Source: Amphiscolops sp. MND2022
Lineage: Eukaryota
Direction of reading: 5' to 3'
Length of the DNA: 64,000 bases
Assembly: GCA_964187785.1 (NCBI GenBank)
Contig: OZ076409.1
Span: forward strand, 96,908,001-96,972,000
Shown: piece by piece, positions 38,252 through 49,500 of the stretch
Layout of the letters: every line of letters starts with the position of its first letter
How positions within the stretch are numbered: position 1 is the first letter of the stretch
Notes under the pieces: model-generated
What the model saw: the letters and a program-made list of their open reading frames with translations, nothing else
What the model was told of the DNA's origin: nothing
Database searches by the model: none
Position numbers and translations under genes: made by a program

Positions 38252-38456
38252 TGTTGTATACCAATAGAATAAAGAAGTTTGGGAATGTAATACTGTATTG
38301 TACGTAAGATTAAGTTATAGTGTCCACTATATCGTACTACAGATGACATTAAAGTTACTAGCAGGTATGTTATGTAATTAACATAAAAGGTCATAGAGTA
38401 AGTAAGAATTATGTAACATTGCGTTACTATTGACCTTCAACTGTATTCATGTCACA
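38252..38456 (-). repeat. 5' LTR of Gypsy A
   Basis: 205 bp, TGTGAC...ACAACA on the minus strand. Confidence 0.97.
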
Positions 38457-38467
38457 GTATTCATGTC

Positions 38468-38963
38468 AAAAAAAATTGAAAGAGGAGACCCTTCAGTCTC
38501 GTACGTTTTCGCAAATGCTCGAAAAAGTTTCTGGCTAAAGCAAGGACTCGAACCCGTGACCGCTGGTTTCACCGTAAACCGAGTAAAGTCTGTACTAAAA
38601 AGTGTACATACACGATGAGGTCTGTGGTCTGACGAAAAAAAAAGAAAAAAACTAGCCACTGTAATAGTCGGACTCTTTTCACTAGAAAAGCGCCGACTAA
38701 AACAGCAGTATTTGAAGAAAAAATTGAAGTATACATTCCTTAGAACGTTATTTAGTTTACAGAGCTGTTTTGTTTCAAGGTTTTTGGACATTATTTTTCA
38801 TCAAAAATTGTAAATACGCATTTTAGCTATGGCATTCTAATTATTATCTCATCAAAGTTAATTATCCTTCTTTCGCCAGAGTTTTTCATAGCGAAACGCA
38901 GTTGTACAAGAAATCACACAGCTGTTCATTTTTTTCCAATTATGGATGCAAACATTCAGTATT
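38468..38963 (+). repeat. Second copy of the ~495-bp flank duplication (includes a partial HINE and the empty insertion site)
   Basis: Matches 31969-32464 and continues attcaGTATTattcaaaa with no element inserted. Confidence 0.95.
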
Positions 38964-39330
38964 ATTCAAAATCCATGAAAGTATTACAGACCAAAGATCA
39001 TGACAGGACAGACAGGAATTTCGTATCTTCTAGGTAGCTTGGAAGTTCCAGACATTTTCTTGCAAGAATTTTGCAAAAAAGATGTCTGAACTTGCAAAAG
39101 ATGCAAGTAAAATGAAGTATGTAAGAAACTTGCATCCAAATGTGGATGCAAACATTCAGTATTATTCAAAATTCATGAAAATATTACAGATCAAAAATCG
39201 GGACAGCGTTGGATTTCTTATCTTCTAGGTATCTTGGAAGTTCCAGACATTTTCTTGCAAGAATGTCCAAGAATTTTGCAAAAGATGTCTGAACTTGCGA
39301 GTAAAATGAAACATGTAAGAAACTTGCAAG
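38943..39330 (+). repeat. ~2 x 200-bp diverged tandem repeat (cttgcaag-rich family)
   Basis: tggatgcaaacattcagtattattcaaaat at 38943 and 39143; related cttgcaagaat-rich tracts at ~6890-7010 and 40590-40850. Confidence 0.75.
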
Positions 39331-39811
39331 TTTTGTCTGACAATTTGGAAAAATGCAAGTTAATTGAAGAGAAAATTCTGACGTTTCGATTAGGGTACGC
39401 AACCGATCGATCCCCTTGATAGTATTGAAGCAACTCAAATAATTTGCTTTTGTATCAATTGTGACAATCGGTAAGTTTGAAATTACAAGTTTCGAATAAA
39501 ACAAAAATGTAACAAGAAGCGCAGTGGTAGTGTGATTTTTTGCTAGTACCACATTTTGAATCATAACTTCAGATAAATTCACTAGTTTGGGGCAATTAAA
39601 AGTTACTAATATGGTCTGAAAAAATAATGTTACGGCCGAAGTCACAAAAAGAGTTATTGCTGAAATCTATTTCAGCAATTTAGTGAGCAATTTATTTCAG
39701 CTCATTTAGTGAAGTTCACTGGAAATTTAGTGGAATGAATAAATCGTGCAGCAGACTTGCCATGCTTTATTATTTACTTGGGAAAAATATTTGAAAAATG
39801 TTCATTTCGTA

Positions 39812-40178
39812 CAGTAATCCCTCGTTTATCCGTCCCTCGTTTATCCGCCCCTCGTTTATCCGCCCCTCGTTTATCCGCCCCTCGTTTATCCGCCCCTCGA
39901 ATATCCGCCAATTTCGATTAACCGCCACGTTTTTCTTGAACAAAAATGTCCCCATCTAATTATCAGCCAAGTCACCCTCTACGTAAAGAACGTCACAGAC
40001 TCGCATTTCAGATTACTTTGCCGAAATTTTATAAAAACCGCTCTTAAGTTAAAATTTCAGCGGTAAATTTGCTCCGAGTAATTTTATGGATGGCACCCCG
40101 ATCAACCGCCACCCTCGATTATGCGCCACAAATGTGCTGCACCGATGCAGGCGGATAATACTGCGAGGGCCAATATGG
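39812..40178. mobile_element. pogo/Tigger-like MITE with 15-bp subterminal array
   Basis: TA-CAGTAATCCCTCGTTTATCCG start followed by ~6 ccctcgtttatccgc units; degenerate right end gcggataa..cgaggg. Confidence 0.6.
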
Positions 40179-41103
40179 GTGGAGAAAAACAAAATTTCGA
40201 TGTTTGCTTCCTTCATTAAAATGAACCATGGATGTTTGTCATTTTTCCACTCTTTTTGTTTCCATTGAATAGTTAAATTTAAACAAAGCTTTCACCCACA
40301 ATGGCAGAAAAATTATTGAAATAGTTCCAGCCTCTTTCACGTAAAATCATTCAAAAAAAAACAAAAAATGCAAAATTATTGAAAAAAATGCGATATCGCC
40401 GTGGGGTAATTCGATTTCCTTCAGATTTGTTTTATTCTTCTTTTCAAAACAAATTCTTACCATCGCCTTTTTATGAAAAACCCTTTTCGTCTTTACCGAG
40501 TGAGCTAATTGATTTTTATATAAGGATGCGCCGAGTTAACCTAAAATCAACCCACTGAAAATTTCAAATCAAAATTATTTTTCATGCATGTCGAACTTCC
40601 ATACATTTTCTGCAAGAATCTGTCAGATTTCACTTCCAAGATCTTGGAAGACAATGCATTATTCTTGCAGGTACCTTGGAAGAACTTGGAAAAAAATGTC
40701 TGGTCTTGCAAGATCTTGCAAGAAATGTCTGATCTGCCAGAATCTGACAGGTTTGCCTGAAATGTAAAGATACTTGCAAGATTCTTGCAGATAGTGTCTG
40801 ATATATACCACTTCTGCAAGATTCTTGCAAGAAATGTATGAGTAAATACAAATTTCAAACAGAACCAAACTGCTTTCAAAGACATGTCAATGACCATAAA
40901 TGGCTTTTGAAACATGAAAGTTTGGTATCATTAACAGAAACCAGAAGCAATTATTGAATGATGTTGTAAGACTAAACAAAATTGAAGTAGAATTTTAATC
41001 GAGCGGATTTCGTAGTCCTGGTTTTAGGTAGCAGAAAGCAACAGAATGAAAGTGAAATCTTGATAAACATTTCCATTTTTTCTTGAAAATACAAAAAGTG
41101 TAG

Positions 41104-41175
41104 GCCCTGAGCTGGATTTGAACCCACGAACTCCTACTTCAAAATCACGAACCTTCCCCACAAATCCAAATAGCG
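41104..41175 (-). ncRNA. Degenerate tRNA-derived sequence
   Basis: Minus strand GTGGGTTCAAATCCAGCTCAGGGC resembles a T-arm/B-box; cloverleaf not intact. Confidence 0.3.
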
Positions 41176-42919
41176 TGTCGACTTGGTCAATTCTGAATTT
41201 GTTGGTTTTTGCATAAATTGGTGTGTTTTTCTCAAGAAATTCACTGATGCTGAAATTCTTTATTTTTTGAATAAAACGAAAAAAACTCCAAAAAATAGTT
41301 GATCACCTGTATCGATAAATAGTGAATTTAACGACTGGTAGAGATTCCGATGAAACAGTAAAAAATTTTCAAGTTGTTAGGCCAGTCCTGAACAACTGAT
41401 TAAAGTGCAAAAGAGTGCATGGACCAAGAAAAAATTCCGGATCTTGTCACACATGTAGTCATTAGAAAAGCGTCAGAAATTTAAAAAAAATATCCTCTAA
41501 TCAATTAATTTTCTGAAAGATTGAACACTTTTGAAAAGCTGGATCACGACTAGGAAAAGCTAATGTTGGGAAAGAACTTGGCAATTATTTACAAAATAAC
41601 ATAACATAACCCGGGTTGGAAACCAATCGCAGTCCACCGGTGGTCGAAAAGTGTCCTTAATGCTACCCGGGTCATTAAGGCAACCCTCTGAAAAAACCAA
41701 TAATTAATCCAAACCAGAAAAATTACGCACTTCAACTGAAAAATGATGACAAGCAAAATTTTACTGGCAAGCATGCTCGAGCGCGTGATTTGAACTTTCA
41801 AAATCTGTTTTAGAATTTTTCAAAAGTTTCCACCGTTTTAGAATTTTTCAAACTAAATTGGCAGCCCTAAAATGTCTCCACCGGTGGTCACCGGTGGTTT
41901 GCGGCGGGTTGCCAGTATGGGAAGAGCAAATAACATAAAAACTAAATCCTTCCCATTTAACATAAAAACGTTTCATATAACATGAAAATAAAACCAGATA
42001 CCCGGTTAAACAATCGAACTGAAGTAATTTTATCTGTAATTTTCATACTTTTTTCAGTGAATCTTTTGAATTGTGAACGTTTTTGAACACTAAAACTTTC
42101 TCGTAAACAATTTTATTTTCATGTTATTTGAAACTAATCTAGTTTTTGTTATTTGCTCTTTTGTTATTTGGGAATCCACCAATTTGGCATTCCTCACGTC
42201 AGATCTGAATTGTCGTCAGTCGAAACAGCTTCAGAAAAGTTGGGTTATCCAAACAAGAGTGAGTTTACGGAGTGCCAAACATACAAACAAAAAGACCGCC
42301 CTGTTCAAACAAGAGCAATGGAAGCTCACGGTGCAATTATATCTTCAACAAATATTGCCGATGTTTTTCCATTTTCAATTTTCGTCTCTTTCACAATATA
42401 CTCTACAATATTTTACACTTACATGTATTGGACACATTGAGCAAAATTTTGTTTTTTTTTTGTCAAAGGATATTGTTCGTTCCCCTTTCTTCAGGTGAAA
42501 ACGAAAACGAAATTGTTTTTTAATGAATTTTTTCCATTGTTAGGTGTCTTTTGAAACTTACCCGATAATCATGTTTACCAAGCACAAAAGTCACTGAATT
42601 TGAAGAAATGATTCTAGCGATGGTTTCATGCCTTTACTATAAGCAACGAAACGTTGCCTAGGTTTCGAAGCATAGCTTACCATTGCTTACCATTGCCTCC
42701 TGTGGGGCAAGGGTGCCTAAAAATTAATTTCCATTTCCATTAATGGCCGTTTTCCCCTTCCATTATTGGATTGCAGACATTCACAAAAATGGAAAATGGA
42801 GGGAAGAGTATGCCATTAATTGCATTAATAGCACTTTTTGTGTCGAATCATTTACGAACGCATTTATTGTGCAAATATGCCGGAAACCGGAAGTATGAAG
42901 CTTTCTCTTCGGTTAATAA

Positions 42920-43279
42920 GGGACTTCCCACTTGGTCGAAACAACAAAAAGTTTCACTTGGCCAAAAAAATACAAGCTGATTGCCTGACGGGGTCGAACC
43001 GGAACGAAGTCCGTTCAAAGATGAAAAGAAATTTCAATTTCCCTTAGTCAACTATGTTCATATACTCCTAGTTCCCTAAATGCAGGAGCAAAGCGAAGCG
43101 ACTTGTCATATGGCCATGCCTCAATTTCGCTACTTGACGAAGGGAACGATGCGACCGAGCCATACAACTAAGTATTTTTCGGCTAAGCGAAACCTTTTGT
43201 TTTTTTTCGGCCAAGTGAAACTTTTTGTTTATTTGGTAAAGTGAAACTTTTTGTTTATTCGGCCAAGTGGCACTCCACC
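42920..43279. mobile_element. Foldback/MULE-like MITE with shared core (copy 2, diverged)
   Basis: TSD ggttaataa/ggttaatga (42911-42919, 43280-43288); arms of ccaagtgaaactttttgttt units; core ~43052-43170. Confidence 0.7.
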
Positions 43280-43503
43280 GGTTAATGAGACCCAATGTAT
43301 GGGTAAATTTAGGAACCTTTGTACACAACATACGAGAAAATATCTATCGAATAAATTACAAGAGTGTGGTGACGTCATTGTCACTTATTAATTTTCGATA
43401 AACAACAACCATACGCTACGGAAGTAGTTACTCTACTTTCATTGGCCCCAAGGTTCAGTTACATAGCATCGAAGATTGGAAAGTTTCAATAAGTGTTACC
43501 AGT

Positions 43504-44046
43504 GGGGGAAGTAAATAACTTCTAAATAAATAACTTCTAATTAATATAGTAAACAACTTCTAAATAAATAAGTTCTAAAATTATTTTAGTAAATAACTTC
43601 TAAATTGCAATGGCATCTAGTAAATAACTTCCAAACAGCTATTTTGACGTAATTATTTCTATAACGTCGTTAGCTATGTTCACATACCCCTAGTGCCCTA
43701 AATGCAGGAGCGAAGCGAAGCGGAGCGACGTGCCATATGGCCATGCCTCAATGTTGCTACTTGGCGAAGGGAGCGAAGCGACCGAGCCATACAACAAATA
43801 TGCTAATCTTTTCAAATAACAGTTTTCGGAATAATAGAACGGTAAGTTTATTTTCGGAATAATGGAACGGTTAATTTATTTTCGGAAGAATGAATAGCAA
43901 TCTTTACTAGAACGATTTCAGAAGTTACCAGACGCAAATGCATTTTAGAAGTTATTTACTAATATAATTTTAGAACTTATTTATTTAGAAGTTATTTACT
44001 AATATAATTTTAGAACTTATTTATTTAGAAGTTATTTACGTGATCC
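43504..44046. mobile_element. Foldback MITE with shared core (copy 3)
   Basis: 8-bp TSD TTACCAGT (43496-43503, 44047-44054); arms of taaataacttctaa units; core ~43673-43808. Confidence 0.8.
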
Positions 44047-44095
44047 TTACCAGTCACTGGTGAAAAGCTCAAATAAATTAATACATAATAGACTT

Positions 44096-44549
44096 GGTGC
44101 CGTTGTAAGTTCGCCATATTTAAGTTCGCCACGTATAAGTTAGCCCGTAAAACTTAGCCACGTTTAAGTTAGCCACCATATAAGATCGCCACGTTTATTT
44201 TCGCCACATTTCAGCTAATGAAAGAATTCCATATCAGCGATTATTTTCATTTGGTTATATTTAGTGGCGATTAGCATACTTGTTGTATGGCTCGGTCGCT
44301 TCGCTCCCTTCGCCAAGTAGCAACAGTGAGGCATGGCCATATGGCACGTCGCTCCGCTTCGCTTCGCTCCTGCATTTAGGGCACTAGGGGTATGTGAACA
44401 TATCTGACTACGTTATCGTAATTTTGAATGCTCGAATTTAATTGGCCGAAAATGTGGCGAACTTGTATGTGGCGAACATATATGTGGCTAAATTAAATAT
44501 GGCTAAGATTTACGGGCTAACTTATATGTGGCGAACTTAAACGGACACG
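44096..44549. mobile_element. Foldback/MULE-like MITE with shared core (copy 4)
   Basis: 9-bp TSD AATAGACTT (44087-44095, 44550-44558); arms of 15-bp taagttcgccacgt units; core ~44220-44450. Confidence 0.85.
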
Positions 44550-44795
44550 AATAGACTTGTATTTTAACTGGTGTCTTTGTTTTGAATTTTTTGTACACAA
44601 CATTTTTTTTGAAAAAAACGAGAATCTGAATCGAACTGAGTTTAAAACAAATTCTTTCAAACCAGATTACGAGAAAGGGGATTAAATTATCAGGTTTTCT
44701 GAACTCATGTGGGTGAAAACCAACATTCTGGGGTCATACTTTTCTGACTTCAATCTGATGAATTTGCTTTTTGTATCCTTAGTTTTGGCGTAAAT

Positions 44796-44870
44796 GTGCA
44801 GGACGTCATCGTGCATGATGTCATCGTGCATGACGTCATCGTGCAAGACGTCATCGTGCATGACGTCATC
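44796..44870. repeat. 5 x 15-bp minisatellite containing TGACGTCA
   Basis: GTGCA(t/g/a)GA(c/t)GTCATC x5; perfect TGACGTCA at 44831-44838 and 44861-44868. Confidence 0.9.
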
Positions 44871-45663
44871 GTAATCGTTACTGGAAACTCTAGTATTTAC
44901 AAGCATTGGAAAGAAGGAACAAGCCGGCAACAGTTTAAATAAAGACTCGAAAAAGGGTAACGTTGTGTACAAATGCATCTCTTAGGAACATTCTATAAGT
45001 AATAATGAATCTCACAGCATTGAAAACAACCAGAATGCAACATGCCATGTTCAAACGGAAATTATGGAAACAAAACAATATCATGACAAACTTTTTCGAA
45101 AATTAGGCATTAAACTTTTTCTCAGTTCGCAAAACCTGAAGAGATCTCAGTTCAATTCTAAACAACAACTAGTACCTTTGAATTGGGTACCAGATTATTC
45201 ATTTCAACTAGCTACCGACCGCTCTAATTTTTTCAAATTACCTAGCTCAACTTGCTAAGGTAGATAAGTTAGGCTAAGGTACCTAGCTCAACTAGCTCGG
45301 TCTGAGCCTTCATTTTACCCACTTTCGGTTTCCGACGTTTCAATATCGGACAAAGAGCTCATTCTATCGTTGCGACAATTCCCAGTGGCATAAATGTCTT
45401 CACATTGAACGTTATTTAGAGAAATTTTACCCCGTTTGAAGTCAGAAAGATGATCTCACAGATGAATAGATTGCATTAGAGCAGCCGTATGACCTTGAAA
45501 TTCACAAAATACTTGAAAGGATATTTTATCAACTCGATCAGTTATTTCCGGATTTCAATGCTGATGAATAGAATTCTGCTTTTGGTGTTTTTCTAATTGA
45601 CGTTTCTGGGGAACTTTTTTGCAGTACTTTCAACTTCAACTTTTTTCTAGTCAAGACCACCAA

Positions 45664-46216
45664 TTTTTTAGTCGGCGCGTTTTCCTTTTAAGGAAAAATG
45701 CCCGACTATAGCAGTGACTTATGTTTTTTCTTCAGACCACATACCTCACACTGATCGGTCCACTTTTCAAAAACATTCCTGAAACCACCTAAGGCCAAGT
45801 CCGTTACTTTTTCAAGGAAACCTACAAACCCGGACTTGCCTAAAGGGTCCCCTCTTTGGATTTTTTTCGGCACTGTGCGACATTTTTCGAAAATTTCTGA
45901 ATTATTATTATTATTAGTGGTTTCTCCAATTTACAACTACTAGAACAAAAATAAATAACTAAACATTTAAAAATAAAGAGACTATTTTCAGAGAGTAGCT
46001 GTCCCCAAAGGGTTCCCCCTTCGAGTTTTTGTTATTTTCCAACAGAATGTATGTTAATAAATCCAAAAGGGTCCCCTTTTACATTTTTTGGCACTATGCG
46101 ACATTTTTCGAAAGAAAAAAATTTTCAAAAATTTCAAGTTTTTTTTGAAAAAAAAAATGTTTTGCGCTTTTTGAGCCTTAGATATAGCGCCGACTTTAGA
46201 CGTTCTCGTCTTGTTT
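45664..46216 (+). mobile_element. HINE-like element with ~100-bp AT-rich insert (~45900-46000)
   Basis: ttttttagtcggcgcg ... gcgccgactttagacgttctcgtcttgttt. Confidence 0.8.
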
Positions 46217-46314
46217 ATTCTAATTGAACAATTCGCATTAGATATCAAACAATGCGAAAATGTTGAATGACTGACTGAGGACTTTGGGAATTGTTATTTT
46301 CATAATTAGATTAT

Positions 46315-46525
46315 TGTTGTAATCTCTTTGCTTGACAAAAGTTACACAACATAAAACTGTATTCGTCTATCAACCTTTTTGTACTGAATAAAGATCAGCT
46401 TTCTAAGTATAGACAATAGTAACAGGTACTAAGGACATGTAGACAATTAAGTATAATGATATCAAACAATGATAATGTCTGTCTATGGTTTGTCCTCTAA
46501 TTCTAGTTCTTTAGCTGCTACTTCA
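46315..46525 (-). repeat. 3' LTR of Gypsy B
   Basis: 211 bp, two mismatches to 52245-52455. Confidence 0.97.
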
Positions 46526-49500
46526 CTCCCCCCTCCGCGATTGGATGATAGTTGACCAATGGGGGAGACTTGTTCTTTATGGCGGTTTTCCGTCCATAGC
46601 AATTTTGGTATGTTCGCGGTGGTCCGCGTTTCATCAGCTGTCCGGTTGAATTGTTCTGCCTGGACTGGTCCTTCCGTTGTGTCGTTTAGTATTCGACACT
46701 GCTGGTCTTTTCCCGAGTATCTTCCTCGGTTTCTGGTGTCTTCTGGGCATTTAGTCTGTTTACGGTGTTTCCTGTAATCAGATGTTATGGGATTATTGAA
46801 TCTAATAATGGGGTTTGTTTTTGTTAATCTCTTCGATCTACGTAGGTTATGTTCTTTTGTTTCTTGTTCTATTTCGGTGCTAGAACTTAGGTTACTAATT
46901 AATTCTAGATCGGAGGTTTCTGTTTCTAAGTTGTTTTTCTCCTTATTTTCTTCCCCTCCGTAAACGGTATTATTGTAATTATGAGTTACCTTACCGTTTA
47001 AGTCTTTGATAAAAAGTTCTGTGTCATTTTGTTTGGCGTCTTCAATGATACGGTCAATGTCCGTATCTGTCATGTTCTCCGTGATGATGGTTAAAGGGCC
47101 GAGACTGTCCGTTGAGTCGGTAAGTGAACCAGGGCTTTGTCTGTTGCGGACCAGTTTTGGACGCCCTCTTCCGAATGATCCACTTGTTTTTGTGGTTGGC
47201 GTTGTTGGGTTGCTTCGAGATTGTGTGCCCTCTGTTATCTGAGTAGTATCCATTTGTGGTGTTGCTGGATTGCTCTTCTCCGAGTCGCTGTCTGATTTGG
47301 CTTCTCGTGTCAGTCTGGGGGATTTTATGAACCGGCCGTCCGGTCCTCTCAGTCCCATACCTCTGTTGTTCTGTTCCTGTGCAAATTCAGAGATTGGTTT
47401 ACTAATGTGTTTTCTATGTAGAATTTTATTTTCCGCGGTTGTAACCGTGTGCTTAGTTCCCGATACGGCAGTTTGTAGTTTATTTGAGTAGGCGCTTTCA
47501 AATTTCGGTTTATTTATTCTTTTCTCGAAAAATTGAAATGGGTAAGTACTCACTCCTTTTGGTCCCTTCTTTTGTTTCATCGGTAGCTGGTCAGAGGCAC
47601 CGCCAGCTCCGTGGAAGGAATATACCTGTAAGGTATCTGGTTTTGCTGAAAAACAATTGTTTGTTATAGTTTTCAGTTTATCTAGGTTTAGAAGGTTACT
47701 GATTTCCGTGTTCGGTTCTCGTCCGTAGTGTAGTTCGAAAGCGGATTTCCCCAGTCTCGTGTGGGGTGTTTTTCTCATCACATTTAAGGCTATATCTAAC
47801 GCTTTGTTGAATTTTTCGCCCGCTTTTATGTTTGTCAGCATTGTCTCTTTTAGTGTCCTTACGCCGCGTTCGACCAGCCCTGTGGGGGTGTGTATATATG
47901 GTGTCCCATATATGAGTCTTATATGGTGATTTTTACAAAACTCTCTAAAAGTGTGGCCGGTAAATGCCGTGGCTTTATCCGTTCTAATAGTTTTCGGAAT
48001 GCCGTTCAGGTTTATGTATTGTTCCATAAACTTAACCGTGGTTTCGCCGTCGGTTGATTTACAAAGGCTTGCCGCCGGCCATTTACTAAACCGGTCCATT
48101 GAAAGTAAAATAAAGAACCTTTGGTTTCTTTCGGTGAACGGTCCGATAAAATCCAGTTGTACTTCTTCATTTGGTTTGTCTAATGCCGGTAATTGTTTTT
48201 TTTCCGTATTATGTAAGTTATGTTTGATGTTCTTACCGGACATTTTGCACGGGATGCAGCCGTCACATTTCTTTTGTATAGCCTCAGTGATTTTCGGCCA
48301 CCAGAAGTGTCTTGCCGCCATTGACATCTTGTTGATAGCGGGATGGCCTTTGTGGAGGAGGCTGATCACCGTTGTTCTGAGATTTTTCGGGACAATTATA
48401 CGGTCTTCATAAAACACGAGTCCGTACCTGGTAGATAGTTTTCTTCGGCATTGCTGGTATTCTTCCGGGATGTTGTCTTGTTGCTGTCTCTCAAGGCACA
48501 CGAGTGTTTTTAGGAGAGTCGGGTCGTTTGTTGTCTCTGTCATCAGCAACTGGAGGTCTGTGGAGAAATTCTTCTCCGATTCACGTACCGCGTTTCCAAG
48601 GTCCCAATCATTCTGCTCTTCTGCGGTGGTTCTAGGGGCATGTCCCATTTTTATATATTGGACGCTTTTAACGCCTGCGTATTTTGCCCAATTTATTGCG
48701 GGGACTTCGAGTATGGACGGGTCTTGATCGGATTCCGAGTCAGTTTCCCCTTCTTCCATCGGTATTGGTTGTTGCTGTGAGGGCCCGGGTCTGTCTTCTG
48801 TGTTGGCCGGTGTTTGCGGTCTGTCGACGTCCCAGAACGGGTCGACCGACCGTCCATTGCTCCTGTCTTCTGGTTTCTGGTTGAAATCCCCCGGCTGGTT
48901 CTTGTTGACTTTGGTTTTCAACATTTCTGATGGCTTGTTGGAGTTGTTCTTCGATGACTCGCCTTTCATTTCTCAGGAATTTGGGTTCGTGGTACTTTTT
49001 CCAGCGGCCACCTGACTGTCTGTAAACCCCGGGCTTTACAATATCTCTCCATTTAGCAATGAGATATCTAGTTTCCGCCGATTTATCGGCTCGTTCGAGA
49101 TTATCGATGGTTCTGGCGTCCATGATAATTTTAGCTTTTGATGCGGTTTGAAATGAGCTGCTGACTTGTGAACTTTTAAGGCAATCAATGGCGATTTGTT
49201 CACGCGTTTTGGAATGCTTTGGTGTGTTGTTTGCTTTGCGCGTAGTTTCTTGTTGCGTTCCGTGTTTTGATTGGTTAAAATGGTTGCTAAGGCAACCGTA
49301 TTTGGTCACAAATTTGTAGTGCGGGATGACGTTATTGATTACGTATTCTTCGTCGTATACGTCATCGGCTTGTGGAGGTGCCGACGGATTACGACTGAGA
49401 TAATCGGTGAGCGCTAAGTGCTTGCCGGCTATTTGGCTGACGTTGATTGTGAAGTGCGCTAAGCGGTCAAGCCACCTCGTTAACCGCGCGCTGTATGTTT

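Larger units (their letters stand above)
32465..38456 (-). mobile_element. Full-length Ty3/Gypsy (Mag-like) LTR retrotransposon A
   Basis: 205-bp LTRs TG..CA, TSD GTATT (32460-32464, 38457-38461), PBS, PPT, domain order gag-PR-RT-RH-IN. Confidence 0.97.

Noticed and set aside
38239..38394. N-terminal extension MTFYVNY... of the 750-aa ORF (and the 82-aa ORF at 32359-32607)
   Set aside because: Lies inside the LTR; comparison with element B points to the ATG at 38238 as the gag start.
39770..39955. (EGRIN)n peptide ORF
   Set aside because: Translation of the 15-bp subterminal repeat of a MITE.
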